Shown here one piece after another: positions 19,159 to 30,170 of a DNA stretch of 64,000 nt. Source of the DNA: Thermodesulfobacteriota bacterium. GTDB lineage: Bacteria > Desulfobacterota_D > UBA1144 > Nemesobacterales > UBA2774. The stretch is from NCBI GenBank assembly GCA_963422265.1, contig OY729416.1, positions 768,001 through 832,000 of the forward strand. The letters run 5' to 3'. The position numbers were made by a program, and so were the translations under genes. The number at the start of each line of letters is the position of its first letter. Positions within the stretch are counted from its first letter, which is position 1. The notes below the pieces were generated by a model. The model worked only from the letters and a program-made list of their open reading frames with translations. It was not told where the DNA came from and searched no databases.

Positions 19159-19650
19159 CTACCCTTCTTTCTTTTCATCTATCAAGCCAAGCTCCTCAGC
19201 AGATTCCCTCTTAGAACTTTTAACGGTTTCTTTAACTATCAGTTGCTTCTTGACGTCGGATACTTTCCTCTTTTTTTTGGCTTTCGGTTTATAAACTTCC
19301 TCAACAAGCTCTATTAAAGAAACGGGCGTACTGTCACCCCTCCTGAAGCCAAGCTTAACAATCCGGGTATAACCACCAGGACGATCCTTAAACCTCAAAG
19401 CTATCTCATCGAAAAGCTTCTTGATCACTTCCTTATCCCTAATGTAAGCCGCCGCCCGCCTTCTTTTATGAAGAGAACCTTGCTTCGCCAAGGTTACCAT
19501 TTTCTCAGCAACTCTCCTAAGCTCCTTGGCTCTGGTATCAGTAGTCCTAATTTTCTCGTGACGAAACAAATCAGTCACCATATTACGCAACATAGATTTT
19601 CTATGCTTAGTAACAACTCCTAGCTTGCGCCCAAGTCTTTTATGTCGCAC
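19159..19650 (-). CDS. rplQ: 50S ribosomal protein L17
   Basis: [16 protein letters not shown] motifs; charged C-terminal extension. Confidence 0.97.
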   Translation of the reverse strand: MRHKRLGRKLGVVTKHRKSMLRNMVTDLFRHEKIRTTDTRAKELRRVAEKMVTLAKQGSLHKRRRAAAYIRDKEVIKKLFDEIALRFKDRPGGYTRIVKLGFRRGDSTPVSLIELVEEVYKPKAKKKRKVSDVKKQLIVKETVKSSKRESAEELGLIDEKKEG

Positions 19651-19681
19651 CTTACTATGACCTCCAACTCACAATACAAAT

Positions 19682-20713
19682 TTACTGAGAAGCCGCCCTC
19701 TCGCTGCGCTTGGATTTTTCTGCATCAAACGCCTTCTGATTAATTTTAAGCCCGAGATTAAGTCCAATTTCAGCCAATCTTTCCTTAATTTCAAACAAAG
19801 ACCGTTTGCCGAAATTCTCCAAATTCAATAGATCCTCTTCAGTCCTTTGCGCCAAATCGCCAGCGTATTCCACGCCAGTTTTTCTCAGACAGTTGAGAGA
19901 CCTAGCTGAAAGATCCATATCCTCAAGCGTGTTAAACAAAATCTCCTCAGTCCCACTTATCTCCTGCTTCTCTTCAATTTCAAACACCTCATCTATTTCC
20001 GTTTCATCAAAATTAATAAATATCGTAAGGTGATGCTTTAGGATTTTAGCAGCATACGCGAGAGCATCCTCAGGGAGAATAGTGCCATTAGTCCATATCT
20101 CAAGCGTTAGTTTTTGAAAATCCGTGCGCCTGCCTACCCTCGAATTTGTAACTGAATAATTAACTTTTTTTATAGGTGAAAAAAGAGCATCCATGGGAAT
20201 CACGCCTATAAGCGTTTGTAATTCACCTCGCCTCTCAACGGATTCATATCCCCTACCCATCTCTACGGACATTGTTATCTCAAGCCTAGAGTCCTTGGAC
20301 AAGGCAGCTATGTGATGATCAGGATTCAGTACTTCAATGTTATGACCAACAACTATATCTTCGGCTTTTATATGACACTCACCTTCAGCGCTTATAGTAA
20401 TAGTCTGTGGCTCATCAGCGTGCATCTTAAGCTCTACGCCCTTAAGATTCAGTATTATTTCGGTTACGTCTTCTTTAACCCCTGGGATAGATGACAATTC
20501 ATGCAATACGCCATCTATCTTAATTGAAGTAATAGCAGGACCCTGGATAGAAGAAAGCAACACTCTTCTCAACGCATTTCCTAAAGTAATTCCATATCCA
20601 CGCTCAAGCGGTTCACACACAAATTTAGCATAAAATTGATTGGCATTCTTTTCCTCTTTCTCAATCTTCTTTGGCTTAATAAGATCTTGCCAATTCTTTT
20701 GGAAATCGTTCAC
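19682..20713 (-). CDS. rpoA: RNA polymerase alpha subunit
   Basis: EPLERGYGITLGNALRRVLLSS, D.LFSP, alpha-CTD LSARS.NCL..NFG.RSL. Confidence 0.98.
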   Translation of the reverse strand: MNDFQKNWQDLIKPKKIEKEEKNANQFYAKFVCEPLERGYGITLGNALRRVLLSSIQGPAITSIKIDGVLHELSSIPGVKEDVTEIILNLKGVELKMHADEPQTITISAEGECHIKAEDIVVGHNIEVLNPDHHIAALSKDSRLEITMSVEMGRGYESVERRGELQTLIGVIPMDALFSPIKKVNYSVTNSRVGRRTDFQKLTLEIWTNGTILPEDALAYAAKILKHHLTIFINFDETEIDEVFEIEEKQEISGTEEILFNTLEDMDLSARSLNCLRKTGVEYAGDLAQRTEEDLLNLENFGKRSLFEIKERLAEIGLNLGLKINQKAFDAEKSKRSERAASQ

Positions 20714-20780
20714 CTCATACCCTCCATAATAGAATTTAACTTAGGCACTATCTATAAACCATTCTCAAACAAACAGCACT

Positions 20781-21413
20781 CTAAACCCTCGAATAAAATT
20801 CAACTATTAGCTGCTCATCTATTGGAAAGGTTACATCTTCTCTCTCAGGCATTCTTTTCACCATGCCCCTACAATTGTCTTCGTCAAGCTCAAGCCATTC
20901 AGGCACTCCCCTTCTTGAACGAAACTGTAAAGCCTCTTGTATTCTTTGCAGTTTTTTACTCTTATCTTTTATTTCAATCTCATCGCCTTCGTTAACTTGA
21001 TAAGAAGGAATATTAGTCTTTTTACCGTTAACCAATACGTGCCTGTGGCTAACTAACTGCCTAGCATCATTCCTAGAACTGCCTAAGCAGAGACGATATA
21101 TAACGTTGTCAAGCCTTCTCTCAAGGCTAGATATTAACATGTAACCAGTAACACCTTTTAGCCGTGCAGACCTTTCAAAATATCTCTTAAATTGTTTTTC
21201 CCTTAGCCCATACATTCTCTTTACTTTTTGCTTTTCCCTTAACCTAACTCCATATTCAGAAAATTTACTGCGAAACTTGCCATGCTCTCCCGGAATCTGA
21301 TCAGGCCTTTTTTCAATAGCCGTTTTTCCATTATAGCTCCTCTCACCTTTTAGAAAAAGGTTCACGCCCTCCCTTCTTGAGAGCCTATCAGTAGGTCCAG
21401 TATATCTTCCCAT
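20781..21413 (-). CDS. rpsD: 30S ribosomal protein S4
   Basis: MGRYTGP, SEYG.RLREKQK, LERRLDN and IVEFYSR motifs. Confidence 0.98.
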   Translation of the reverse strand: MGRYTGPTDRLSRREGVNLFLKGERSYNGKTAIEKRPDQIPGEHGKFRSKFSEYGVRLREKQKVKRMYGLREKQFKRYFERSARLKGVTGYMLISSLERRLDNVIYRLCLGSSRNDARQLVSHRHVLVNGKKTNIPSYQVNEGDEIEIKDKSKKLQRIQEALQFRSRRGVPEWLELDEDNCRGMVKRMPEREDVTFPIDEQLIVEFYSRV

Positions 21414-21472
21414 TTAATGCATAACCTCCTCAAAAATCTCTACAATGAAAAATAAAACTATCAACGCTTTAG

Positions 21473-21859
21473 CTATACCCTTCTTCTTCCCGGAGGTCTG
21501 CACCCGTTATGTGGAATTGGAGTTACATCCCTTATAAAAGTTATTCTTAGTCCCGATGCTTGTATGGATCTTATAGCGGGTTCCCTTCCGGGACCTGGAC
21601 CCTTGACATATACAGATACAGTTTTCATACCAAACGAAGATGCCTTCCTCGCAGCGTCCTCTGCAGCTATTTGAGCAGCGAAAGGCGTCCCTTTACGCGT
21701 TCCCTTAAAACCTTTTACTCCACCGCTGCACCAAGCTACCACGTTCCCATGCGTGTCACTTATCGTTATAACCGTATTGTTAAAAGTAGCTTGAATATTA
21801 ACTACGCCTCGTTCAATATATTTCTTAACTTTCTTTCTTCCTGATTTCTTAGTAGCCAT
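21473..21859 (-). CDS. rpsK: 30S ribosomal protein S11
   Basis: TFNNT, TPFAA and [13 protein letters not shown] motifs. Confidence 0.98.
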   Translation of the reverse strand: MATKKSGRKKVKKYIERGVVNIQATFNNTVITISDTHGNVVAWCSGGVKGFKGTRKGTPFAAQIAAEDAARKASSFGMKTVSVYVKGPGPGREPAIRSIQASGLRITFIRDVTPIPHNGCRPPGRRRV

Positions 21860-21879
21860 ACTTTATCTCCAAAAAGCAA

Positions 21880-22260
21880 TTATTTGCCTGCTTTCTTCTT
21901 TTTTGCGATTGCCGTCCCACGAGGTCCCTTTCTAGTTCTAGCGTTGGACTTAGTCTTCTGGCCTCTCACTGGCATCCCAGTTCTGTGCCTAACCCCTCTG
22001 TAACAGCCAATCTCAACCAAACGCCTAACGTTAGTTTGAACTTCTTTCCTGAGTTCACCCTCAACGGTATATTTACTGTCAATTATTTCTCTTATGGAGG
22101 CAACTTCCTGATCAGTGAGATCCTTTGAGTAGGTATTTGAGTCTATTTTGGCCTCTTTCAGAATCTGAGATGATATACGCCTGCCAATACCGTATATATA
22201 AGTAAGACCTACCTCTATCCTCTTGCTTAGCGGAATATCAACGCCTGCTATCCTTGGCAT
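21880..22260 (-). CDS. rpsM: 30S ribosomal protein S13
   Basis: [18 protein letters not shown] and PVRGQ.TK.NARTRKG motifs. Confidence 0.98.
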   Translation of the reverse strand: MPRIAGVDIPLSKRIEVGLTYIYGIGRRISSQILKEAKIDSNTYSKDLTDQEVASIREIIDSKYTVEGELRKEVQTNVRRLVEIGCYRGVRHRTGMPVRGQKTKSNARTRKGPRGTAIAKKKKAGK

Positions 22261-22275
22261 TATACAATCCTCCTA

Positions 22276-22389
22276 CTACCCCTGCTTTTGTTTATGTCTT
22301 TTATTTGTGCAGATAACACGTATCACGCCCTTTCTTTTAATTATCCTACATTTGTCACATATTCTTTTTACAGATGCCCTAACTTTCAC
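22276..22389 (-). CDS. rpmJ: 50S ribosomal protein L36 (Zn-binding type)
   Basis: Not in the ORF track. Manual translation from [40 protein letters not shown]. Confidence 0.96.
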   Translation of the reverse strand: MKVRASVKRICDKCRIIKRKGVIRVICTNKRHKQKQG

Positions 22390-22408
22390 TTTCTCTCACC
22401 CCCCTACA

Positions 22409-22630
22409 TCATTTCTTCAATCTATAGGTGATCCTACCTTTTGAAAGATCATAAGGTGAAAGCTCAAGCTTAACCTTATCGCCCGGCAGAATTCTGATAA
22501 AACGAGTCCTCATCTTCCCCGAAACATATGCCAAAACTTCGTGCGAGCCCTCAACCTGAACCTTAAACATAGCATTAGGAAGCGCTTCAAGCACAGTCCC
22601 CTCAAACTCTATTCTTTCTTCTTTTGCCAT
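22409..22630 (-). CDS. infA: Translation initiation factor IF-1
   Basis: [13 protein letters not shown]...IRILPGD.V..E.SPYDL.KGRI. Confidence 0.98.
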   Translation of the reverse strand: MAKEERIEFEGTVLEALPNAMFKVQVEGSHEVLAYVSGKMRTRFIRILPGDKVKLELSPYDLSKGRITYRLKK

Positions 22631-22639
22631 ACTTTAATG

Positions 22640-23398
22640 TTATTGCGTTAATACCACAGGACCTTCTTCCATAACCGCGACTGTATGCTCAAAATGAGCA
22701 GATAATGCCCCATCTACCGTTACAGCCGTCCAACCGTCACCTAATATTTTAATATCTGGACTTCCAACGTTTACCATGGGTTCTATGGCAAATACCATGC
22801 CAGGTTTCAACTTCACTCCCTTCCCATAGCTTCCATTATCAGGGACGAAATTGGGAACCTGCGGATCCTCATGCAAACTCTTACCTATTCCGTGACCGAC
22901 AAAAGATCTAACTATGGAGAAACCGTTGTTTTCTATATACTTTTGTATCGCACCCGATATATCAAATAGTCTATTATTGGGGCAAGCCTCTTGAATCCCA
23001 ATATCCAGAGACTGCTTAGCGACTTGCAGAAGTTTCTCTGCCAGTGAAGATATGTTCCCAACTGGTATAGTAACTGCTGAGTCTCCAAAAAAACCATCTA
23101 AATTGACGCCAAAATCAAGCCCCACTATATCTCCTTCTTTCAAAATCTTTTTCTTTGATGGAATACCGTGCACGACTTCATTATTTATGGCAAAGCAAAC
23201 AGAAGCGGGATAATCGGAGTAACCCTTAAAAGCAGGCTTTGCTCCCTTTTTTAAGGCATGTTCTTCAGCCACGTAGTCAATATCCCAAGTCGTAACCCCG
23301 GGCTCCACCATTTCCCTCATTTTCTCAAGCACCTCTACCACTATCTGAGCGGCCGAGCGCATCTTATCAATTTGGCTCTTGGTCTTCAGATGAATCAT
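22640..23398 (-). CDS. map: Type I methionine aminopeptidase
   Basis: NNEVVHGIP, GHGIG..LHEDP, AIEPM and SAHFEHT motifs. Confidence 0.97.
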   Translation of the reverse strand: MIHLKTKSQIDKMRSAAQIVVEVLEKMREMVEPGVTTWDIDYVAEEHALKKGAKPAFKGYSDYPASVCFAINNEVVHGIPSKKKILKEGDIVGLDFGVNLDGFFGDSAVTIPVGNISSLAEKLLQVAKQSLDIGIQEACPNNRLFDISGAIQKYIENNGFSIVRSFVGHGIGKSLHEDPQVPNFVPDNGSYGKGVKLKPGMVFAIEPMVNVGSPDIKILGDGWTAVTVDGALSAHFEHTVAVMEEGPVVLTQ

Positions 23399-23973
23399 AA
23401 GTTTAAATTATCTAATACTTCTTTAATCCTTAAAAAAACACTGTCTATCGTCCCCATACCGTCAACCTCGTGCAAGATACCCTGACTACCATAGTATGAT
23501 TTCAAAGGCTCCGTTTGACTATGATAAACGTTTAACCTATTTCTCACAACCTCCCCAGTATCATCCTGCCTGCCTTCAATCTTTTGCCTTGCCAAGATCC
23601 TCTGCACTATTTCTTCATCATCAACCTCTATTGATATAACCGCATCAATTTCTTCTCGCTCAATATTGAGCATATCATCCAAAGCCTGCGCTTGTGTAAT
23701 AGTGCGCGGAAACCCATCAAGCATAAAACCCTCTTTCGTATCCTCTCTCTTAATCCTTTCTTTAATAACTTCTATAATCACATCATCCGGCACAAGCTGC
23801 CCTTTACTCATATAAGACTTTGCTAGTTCTCCAAGCTCAGTAGCGTTCCTCGACGCAGCCCTTAACATGTCGCCAGTCGATATATGAACAGCTACGTAAT
23901 TTTTAGCTATATTTTTCGCCTGCGTGCCCTTGCCAGCCCCAGGGGGGCCAAATAGTATTAGCCTCATCATCAA
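23395..23973 (-). CDS. adk: Adenylate kinase (short-LID type)
   Basis: GPPGAGKGTQ, STGDMLR and LDGFPRT motifs; short LID (RQKIEGRQDD). Confidence 0.97.
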   Translation of the reverse strand: MMMRLILFGPPGAGKGTQAKNIAKNYVAVHISTGDMLRAASRNATELGELAKSYMSKGQLVPDDVIIEVIKERIKREDTKEGFMLDGFPRTITQAQALDDMLNIEREEIDAVISIEVDDEEIVQRILARQKIEGRQDDTGEVVRNRLNVYHSQTEPLKSYYGSQGILHEVDGMGTIDSVFLRIKEVLDNLNL

Positions 23974-23993
23974 TACTCCCTACACCTACTGAA

Positions 23994-25313
23994 TCACACG
24001 TTATATCTTCTAGGACCCTTCATACCACCTTTTTTGACAAAGCCTTCATAACTATGAGTAATCAAAAACGACTCTATTTGCTGCACGAAATCAAGCGTTA
24101 CCCCAACTATAATAAGAAGCGACGTCCCACCAAAGTAAAAAGGCAAATTAAAAGGTTCCCTTTGCAAGAATGAAGGAATAACGCAAACAAACGCAACGTA
24201 TATAGCTCCAATGAAAGTAATTCTACTCAGAATTTTATCTATATGCTCAGCAGTCTTCCTACCCGGTCTAATACCCGGCACGAATCCACCATTCTTTCTC
24301 AAGTTATCAGCAAGGTCATCCGGGTTATAGATAACCGCAGTATAGAAATATGCAAAAAATATGATCAATACGGCGAACAGGGCATTATATATTATTACGT
24401 TGTCAAACAATAAATCGGATATGTCTCTTAAAGCTGGAACGCTTACAAAAGTAAGAATGGTTGCGGGGAAGATCAGCAAGGAAGAAGCAAAAATTGGGGG
24501 AATAACACCCGCTGTATTTGTTTTGAGAGGTAAATGGGAAGACTGCCCCCCATATACCTTTCTACCAACGACCCTTCTTGGGTACTGAACCGGTATCTTG
24601 CGGTAAGATCTTTCAACAAAGACAATAAACGCCGTAACCGCTGCTAATAGGATTAATATAAGCAGAACGCCGAATACAGTCAGCTCACCAGTATCTATAA
24701 GTCTCACGATGTCCCAAAGTGCTCCTGGTAAACCTACAATAATGGATGCCGCGATAATGAGTGATATACCGTTACCTATCCCTCGCTCTGTTATCTGCTC
24801 TCCAATCCACATTACAAAAAGCGAGCCTGCAGTAAGAGTTAGGATAGTCGTAAACCTAAACGCCCAGCCGGATTCCTTTACAACGGAAGCCCCAGAACCC
24901 AGCCCCCCCTCAAGAGTAACGGCAAGCATCATACCTTGAACAAGACAGATAAGAACGGTGCCGTAGCGTGAATATTGGTTTATCTTTCTTCTACCAGCTT
25001 CACCCTCTTTTTGCATTGCTTCTAAGGAAGGAAAAGCCTTTACCAAAAGAGACATTATAATAGATGAGGTTATATAGGGCATAACCCCTAAAGCGAACAC
25101 TGACGCACGCTCAAGCGCCCCGCCTGAAAACATATTTAATACGTCAAAGATAGTCCCTCGCGTTTGCTCGAACAGTCTTAATATCTCTTCAGGGTTTATT
25201 CCGGGTATTGGAACAAATACGCCCAATCTATAGACAACAAGCATCAAAACAGTAAATAAGAGACGCTTATTTAGCTCAGGTATTTTTGGAATAGAGCTCA
25301 CATTTCCATTCAT
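23994..25313 (-). CDS. secY: Preprotein translocase SecY
   Basis: FALGVMPYIT, GEQITERGIGNG.S, AGVIPPIFA, PGIRPG and GGTSLLI motifs. Confidence 0.98.
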   Translation of the reverse strand: MNGNVSSIPKIPELNKRLLFTVLMLVVYRLGVFVPIPGINPEEILRLFEQTRGTIFDVLNMFSGGALERASVFALGVMPYITSSIIMSLLVKAFPSLEAMQKEGEAGRRKINQYSRYGTVLICLVQGMMLAVTLEGGLGSGASVVKESGWAFRFTTILTLTAGSLFVMWIGEQITERGIGNGISLIIAASIIVGLPGALWDIVRLIDTGELTVFGVLLILILLAAVTAFIVFVERSYRKIPVQYPRRVVGRKVYGGQSSHLPLKTNTAGVIPPIFASSLLIFPATILTFVSVPALRDISDLLFDNVIIYNALFAVLIIFFAYFYTAVIYNPDDLADNLRKNGGFVPGIRPGRKTAEHIDKILSRITFIGAIYVAFVCVIPSFLQREPFNLPFYFGGTSLLIIVGVTLDFVQQIESFLITHSYEGFVKKGGMKGPRRYNV

Positions 25314-25741
25314 ATAGTGTGTGCCTTCCCGCCCCTACCCTCTATCTTTTTGGCCGCGCTTTTAGTAAAAGCCTGCGCCTTTACGTTGAGAGAGCGTTCT
25401 AACTCGCCACAACCAAGAATTTTGATAGGAGCTTTACCACTGGCAAGCCCGGCGGCTTTAAGCTCTTCAGCCGTAATTACTTCTCCTTCATTAAACTTAT
25501 TTAGAGCGCTCACGTTTATTAGATCATAACAAAGTTTGTTCCGGCTGGTAAAACCACGTTTCGGCGTCCTTAACTTTAAAGCTGTTTGCCCCCCCTCGAA
25601 CCACGGAGATATCCCTCTGCCTGATCTCGACTTTTGTCCCTTATGCCCCTTTCCACTCGTCTTTCCGCAACTCCCACACCCGCGCCCCACCCTTTTCCTT
25701 TTTTTCTTAGCCCCCGGCTGAGGAGATAGATTATTTAACAT
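25310..25741 (-). CDS. rplO: 50S ribosomal protein L15
   Basis: RVGRG.GS..GKT.G.GHKGQ.SRSG, FEGGQ. Confidence 0.97.
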   Translation of the reverse strand: MLNNLSPQPGAKKKRKRVGRGCGSCGKTSGKGHKGQKSRSGRGISPWFEGGQTALKLRTPKRGFTSRNKLCYDLINVSALNKFNEGEVITAEELKAAGLASGKAPIKILGCGELERSLNVKAQAFTKSAAKKIEGRGGKAHTI

Positions 25742-25828
25742 TATCCCTTACCCTCTTGATATTAAATTTGAGATAATCTTACCTAAGCAAAAACAGCTTT
25801 TCTGAATGCAACTGCTCTCGATAACAGT

Positions 25829-26353
25829 CTAGTTTATAAATGATTTTGGAAGATCAAATTCCTCAATACCCTTTCCTCTAACCCTCGCCACATCCTCCGG
25901 AGCCCTAAGCAAAGCCAATCCATTGATCGTCGCGCTCACGACGTTCAGAGGGTTGGTTGACCCCAAAACCTTGGAAAGTACGTCATGAATTCCTGCCAAC
26001 TCTACCACTGCTCGGACGGCACCACCTGCGATTACACCAGTCCCAGGTGACGCAGGCTTAAGCATTACATGACTTGAAACATGCTCGCCAAACACTTCAT
26101 GAGGTATAGTATTTCCCTTCATCGATACTCTAATCAGTCTCTTCTTGGCTTTTTCTATGGCCTTTTTGATTGCATCAGGAACCTCGTTCGATTTCCCCAA
26201 GCCCATTCCTATAATCCCGTTTTCATTACCCACAACCGCAAGCGCCGTGAAATGGAACCTCTTGCCACCCTTAGTAACCTTAGCTACACGCCTAATGTGA
26301 ACTACTTTCTCATTGAGATCAAACTCATTCGGATCTAGTATCTCTTTTTGCAA
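25829..26353 (-). CDS. rpsE: 30S ribosomal protein S5
   Basis: [12 protein letters not shown] and PGTGVIAGG motifs. Confidence 0.98.
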   Translation of the reverse strand: MQKEILDPNEFDLNEKVVHIRRVAKVTKGGKRFHFTALAVVGNENGIIGMGLGKSNEVPDAIKKAIEKAKKRLIRVSMKGNTIPHEVFGEHVSSHVMLKPASPGTGVIAGGAVRAVVELAGIHDVLSKVLGSTNPLNVVSATINGLALLRAPEDVARVRGKGIEEFDLPKSFIN

Positions 26354-26388
26354 CTACGCCTCCCTACAAAAACCTATTATTAACCTGT

Positions 26389-26760
26389 TCAAAATATGAG
26401 ACCAGCTTCCCTTGCTCCCTCAGCGAGAGCCTTTATCCTCCCGTGAAACTTGTATCCACCACGGTCAAAAGCAACCTCCTTCACGCCTATTAACAAAGAA
26501 AGCTCTCCAATATACTTCCCTAACACCCTAGCAGCATCCGTTTTAGTACCATCGTCTTTGGCTAGCAACTCCTTTACTTTAGGAGTCAAGGTAGATGCGG
26601 ATAGAAGGGTTGTCATAGACGCGTCGTCAACTATCTGGGCATAAGCATGCCTTGCTGATCTAAAGACAGAAAGTCTAGGCTTTGACGAACTTCCACTGAT
26701 ATGCCTTCTCACTCTTTTATGTCTTACGTTCTTCTTAGCTTTTCTACTAACTCTCTTCAT
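26389..26760 (-). CDS. rplR: 50S ribosomal protein L18
   Basis: PRLSVFRS and FDRGGYKFHGR motifs. Confidence 0.97.
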   Translation of the reverse strand: MKRVSRKAKKNVRHKRVRRHISGSSSKPRLSVFRSARHAYAQIVDDASMTTLLSASTLTPKVKELLAKDDGTKTDAARVLGKYIGELSLLIGVKEVAFDRGGYKFHGRIKALAEGAREAGLIF

Positions 26761-27308
26761 TATGCTTTTGCACCAGCCTTGCCGGGTTTCAGCTTTAATA
26801 TCTCACCAGAATATCTGATCCCCTTGCCCTTATAGGAATCGGGAGACCTCAGCTTCCTAATTCTTGCAGCTGTTTCCCCAACCAACTGCTTATCAATCCC
26901 ATGAAGAACTACCCTTGTTCCCCTTTCCTCTATCTGGGCAGAAATCTCATTAGGAAGCGCAAAATCAACCGGGTTTGAGTATCCTATATTAAACTTAATT
27001 CCATTTTTCCCAAGTGCTTCTGCCTTATAACCAACACCGACTATATCCAGAGTTTTAGTAAAACCATCGCTTACCCCAGCGACCATATTTGCCACAAGAG
27101 AACGCGTCAGCCCGTGCAAAGCTTTTGCCTTCTTCTCATCGCTTTTTCTCCCTATCAATATTTTTTGCTCTTCTACCTTAGCATTTATACCATAAGGAAT
27201 ATCCCAAGAGAGCTTCCCCTTTTCACCTTCCACTTCAATGAGAGAACCTCTGAAATTAACCTTTACCCTGTCGGGAACGTTTATCGGTTTTCTACCAATT
27301 CGAGACAT
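26760..27308 (-). CDS. rplF: 50S ribosomal protein L6
   Basis: MSRIGRKP, GVGYK and PDSYKGKGIRY motifs. Confidence 0.98.
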   Translation of the reverse strand: MSRIGRKPINVPDRVKVNFRGSLIEVEGEKGKLSWDIPYGINAKVEEQKILIGRKSDEKKAKALHGLTRSLVANMVAGVSDGFTKTLDIVGVGYKAEALGKNGIKFNIGYSNPVDFALPNEISAQIEERGTRVVLHGIDKQLVGETAARIRKLRSPDSYKGKGIRYSGEILKLKPGKAGAKA

Positions 27309-27317
27309 TGAATATCC

Positions 27318-27710
27318 TCACAAAATAGAACATATAACCTCACCACCTATACCCTGGCGTCGTGCCTCAGCTCCCGTCATTATGCCTTTCGACGTTGAAA
27401 GAACGCACACTCCAAGCCCATCCTTTATACGTGGGATTCTTTTCTTATCCGCGTAAACTCTCCTGCTAGGCTTACTTATTCTCTTGATCTCTTTTATGAC
27501 GCTCTCCTTACTCTCTGTGTAAGCAAGACCTATGTCTATTACACTAACACTACCTTGGTCGGCGATTTTATAATTAGCAATGTAGCCCTGCTCCTTTAAG
27601 ATTCTCGCCAACTCCCTCTTTAGCTTCGACGCCGGAATTGATACAGACTTATGCCCAGCGGTCAAGGCGTTTCTAATTCTCGTTAACATATCAGCAATTG
27701 GGTCTGTCAT
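27318..27710 (-). CDS. rpsH: 30S ribosomal protein S8
   Basis: DPIADMLTRIRN, ISKP..RVY, STSKG and GGE motifs. Confidence 0.98.
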   Translation of the reverse strand: MTDPIADMLTRIRNALTAGHKSVSIPASKLKRELARILKEQGYIANYKIADQGSVSVIDIGLAYTESKESVIKEIKRISKPSRRVYADKKRIPRIKDGLGVCVLSTSKGIMTGAEARRQGIGGEVICSIL

Positions 27711-27751
27711 AATATAACTCCCGCTTAAATATATACATCGCTTTTACCAAG

Positions 27752-27937
27752 CTACCAACTGGCTTTTCTAACGCCGGGAAGCTTGCCAAAGCTCGCAAGA
27801 TCCCTGAAACAAAGCCTACACATATTGAATTTGCGCATGAAACCCCGCGGTCTGCCGCACAGAGGACAACGATTGCCACTCCTTACCTTGAACTTAGGCT
27901 CTCTTTTAGACTTTTCTATCAAAGCTTTACGAGTCAT
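27752..27937 (-). CDS. rpsZ: 30S ribosomal protein S14, type Z (Zn-binding)
   Basis: 61 aa; RCPLCGR...MCRLCFR...PGVRKASW. Confidence 0.96.
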   Translation of the reverse strand: MTRKALIEKSKREPKFKVRSGNRCPLCGRPRGFMRKFNMCRLCFRDLASFGKLPGVRKASW

Positions 27938-27948
27938 AACACCCTCCC

Positions 27949-28503
27949 CTAGCTTTTCGTAAAAGGCATTCCAAGCTCTTCCAAGAGCCCCCTGCCTTCC
28001 TCATCAGTGCGTGCGCTAGTTACTATAGTTACGTTCATTCCTTTTATATTCTGCACTTTGCTATAGTCTATCTCCGGGAAAACTATTTGCTCTTTGATAC
28101 CCAACGTATAATCACCCATTCCGTCAAACGCCTTTATAGACACTCCACGAAAATCTCTCACCCTGGGCAGCGCCAGATTAATAAGCCTGTCCAAGAACTC
28201 ATACATTTTAGCCCCCCTAAGAGTTACGGAACATCCTATAGGAAGCCCATCCCTTAGCTTAAAACCAGCAATAGACTTCCTTGCTTTATTTACTACCGGT
28301 CTTTGCCCTGATATCTGTGCAAGCTCTTTAACTGCTTCATCAATTATCTTTTTATCTCTTCCAGAATCACTCATTCTGCCGAGCCCCATATTGATCACTA
28401 TCTTTTCAAGTTTGGGAACCTGCATAGCATTCTTATATGAAAATCTTTCCATCAATGCAGGCGTAACTTTCTTGGCATACAAATCCTTTAATCTAAAGGG
28501 CAT
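27949..28503 (-). CDS. rplE: 50S ribosomal protein L5
   Basis: [21 protein letters not shown] and EQIVFPEI motifs. Confidence 0.98.
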   Translation of the reverse strand: MPFRLKDLYAKKVTPALMERFSYKNAMQVPKLEKIVINMGLGRMSDSGRDKKIIDEAVKELAQISGQRPVVNKARKSIAGFKLRDGLPIGCSVTLRGAKMYEFLDRLINLALPRVRDFRGVSIKAFDGMGDYTLGIKEQIVFPEIDYSKVQNIKGMNVTIVTSARTDEEGRGLLEELGMPFTKS

Positions 28504-28505
28504 TG

Positions 28506-28856
28506 CTAATTAATCTCCTCCCCACTCTTTTTACTATATCTGACATTTTCCCCACTGCTGAGCGATCTTCGTCCTATACGCACAGGACGTCCCAAAGTTG
28601 CGTCATAGTGCATTAGGTTGGAAATATGAATTGGGGCTTCCTTTTCTATAATGCCGCCTGTCGGATTCTTTTGAGACGGACGCGCGTGACGCCTCACTAT
28701 ATTCAATTTTTCTACAAGAGCGGAATCTTTAGATTTAAGAACTTTAATTACTTTACCAGTCCTACCTTTTTCCTTACCCGACTTCACATAAACTGTATCC
28801 CCGGTTTTTATATTTACCCTTTTTTTATTACTGTTTTTACTTGCCCGTATAGCCAT
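28506..28856 (-). CDS. rplX: 50S ribosomal protein L24
   Basis: GDTV.V.SGKEKG..GKV (KOW) and EAPIHISN. Confidence 0.97.
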   Translation of the reverse strand: MAIRASKNSNKKRVNIKTGDTVYVKSGKEKGRTGKVIKVLKSKDSALVEKLNIVRRHARPSQKNPTGGIIEKEAPIHISNLMHYDATLGRPVRIGRRSLSSGENVRYSKKSGEEIN

Positions 28857-29225
28857 TCAGACAACCTCCGGAGCCAAGGATATTATTTTCATAAAGCCCT
28901 TTACCCGAAGCTCACGGGCTATGGGTCCAAAAACGCGCGTTCCCATAGGTTCGTTGTCCTTCGTTATAAGAACTGCAGCATTACTATCAAACCTCACGTA
29001 AGAACCGTCAGTTCTTCTTTGCTCTTTCTTCACGCGCACAACTACCGCTCTATGTATATCACCCTTTTCCACTTTAGCATTAGGAATTGCCTCTTTAATA
29101 GAAACAACTACTATATCACCAAGCCTCGCATATTTCCTGCCAGATCCACCTAACACTTTAATACAGAATAGGTTCTTAGCACCAGTATTATCAGCAGAAT
29201 CTAGGTAACTTGTCGATTGAATCAA
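28857..29225 (-). CDS. rplN: 50S ribosomal protein L14
   Basis: [20 protein letters not shown] and KIISLAPEV motifs. Confidence 0.98.
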   Translation of the reverse strand: MIQSTSYLDSADNTGAKNLFCIKVLGGSGRKYARLGDIVVVSIKEAIPNAKVEKGDIHRAVVVRVKKEQRRTDGSYVRFDSNAAVLITKDNEPMGTRVFGPIARELRVKGFMKIISLAPEVV

Positions 29226-29248
29226 TCGTTACTCCTCCGTAATATGAA

Positions 29249-29539
29249 CTAATCCACAACAACGTCAGCACGCGCCTGTCCTGCGTGCTCAAGTATTTTG
29301 CTGACTCTCCACCTCTTTGTTTTACTCTTTGGCTTAGTCTCAAGAATCAACACCCTATCTCCCATCTTACAAAACTCGTTTTCGTCATGCGCCTTAAATT
29401 TCACATTTCTCTTAATAGCTTTCTTATATTTCGGATGCTCTTTCACCCTTACAACGTCAACAACAACGGTCTTGTCCATCTTGTTGCTAATTACAGTCCC
29501 TGTCTTCGACTTGAATTTTCCTCTTGCCATTGATTTCAC
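29249..29539 (-). CDS. rpsQ: 30S ribosomal protein S17
   Basis: G.V.S.KMDKT, HPKY.K, AHDE and SKTKRW motifs. Start may be ATG at 29530. Confidence 0.97.
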   Translation of the reverse strand: MKSMARGKFKSKTGTVISNKMDKTVVVDVVRVKEHPKYKKAIKRNVKFKAHDENEFCKMGDRVLILETKPKSKTKRWRVSKILEHAGQARADVVVD

Positions 29540-29745
29540 CTCGCCCCCAGAAGAAGCTTCTTCTCTTTTATTATAGTATTTACACGCGCAAGTTCTCTTC
29601 TCAAGGTTTTTATCCTACCGACGTTGGTAGTCTGCTGAGTTGATACCTGCACCTTTAGATTAAATAGCTCCTCACTCGTCTCGCCCTTTTTCTTAACCAA
29701 CTCAGTCTCGGTCAACTCCCTTAGCTCATTCGCCTTCACGATCAA
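29536..29745 (-). CDS. rpmC: 50S ribosomal protein L29
   Basis: KANELR...ELFNLK.Q...IK.LRRELAR; expected position in the S10 operon. Confidence 0.95.
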   Translation of the reverse strand: MIVKANELRELTETELVKKKGETSEELFNLKVQVSTQQTTNVGRIKTLRRELARVNTIIKEKKLLLGAR

Positions 29746-30158
29746 ATACCCCCACCACGCGCCACCACCTTGGTTCTAAAGGGAAGCTTATGAGACGCAA
29801 GTCTAAACGCTTCCTTAGCAAGATCATATGAAAGACCACCCATTTCATAAATCATTGTCCCCTTCTTAATTGCCGCTATGTAATGATCAACGTCTCCTTT
29901 TCCTTTACCCATTCTAGTCTCAGCCGGCTTTTTCGTGATCGCCTTATGAGGAAACACTCGAATCCAGAGATTAGCCCCTCTTCTAACGTGGCGCATTATG
30001 GCAATACGGGCAGCCTCTATCTGCCTAGAGGTCAACTTGCCACATTCAACGGATTGAAGACCAAAATCCCCGAACGCCAGCGACGCCCCCTTAGTAGCCT
30101 TACCTCTGATTCTTCCCTTATGCTGTTTTCTATACTTTGTACGCGACGGCTGCAACAT
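29742..30158 (-). CDS. rplP: 50S ribosomal protein L16
   Basis: [19 protein letters not shown] and ETRMGKGKG motifs. Confidence 0.98.
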   Translation of the reverse strand: MLQPSRTKYRKQHKGRIRGKATKGASLAFGDFGLQSVECGKLTSRQIEAARIAIMRHVRRGANLWIRVFPHKAITKKPAETRMGKGKGDVDHYIAAIKKGTMIYEMGGLSYDLAKEAFRLASHKLPFRTKVVARGGGI

Positions 30159-30170
30159 ATATTATCACCA

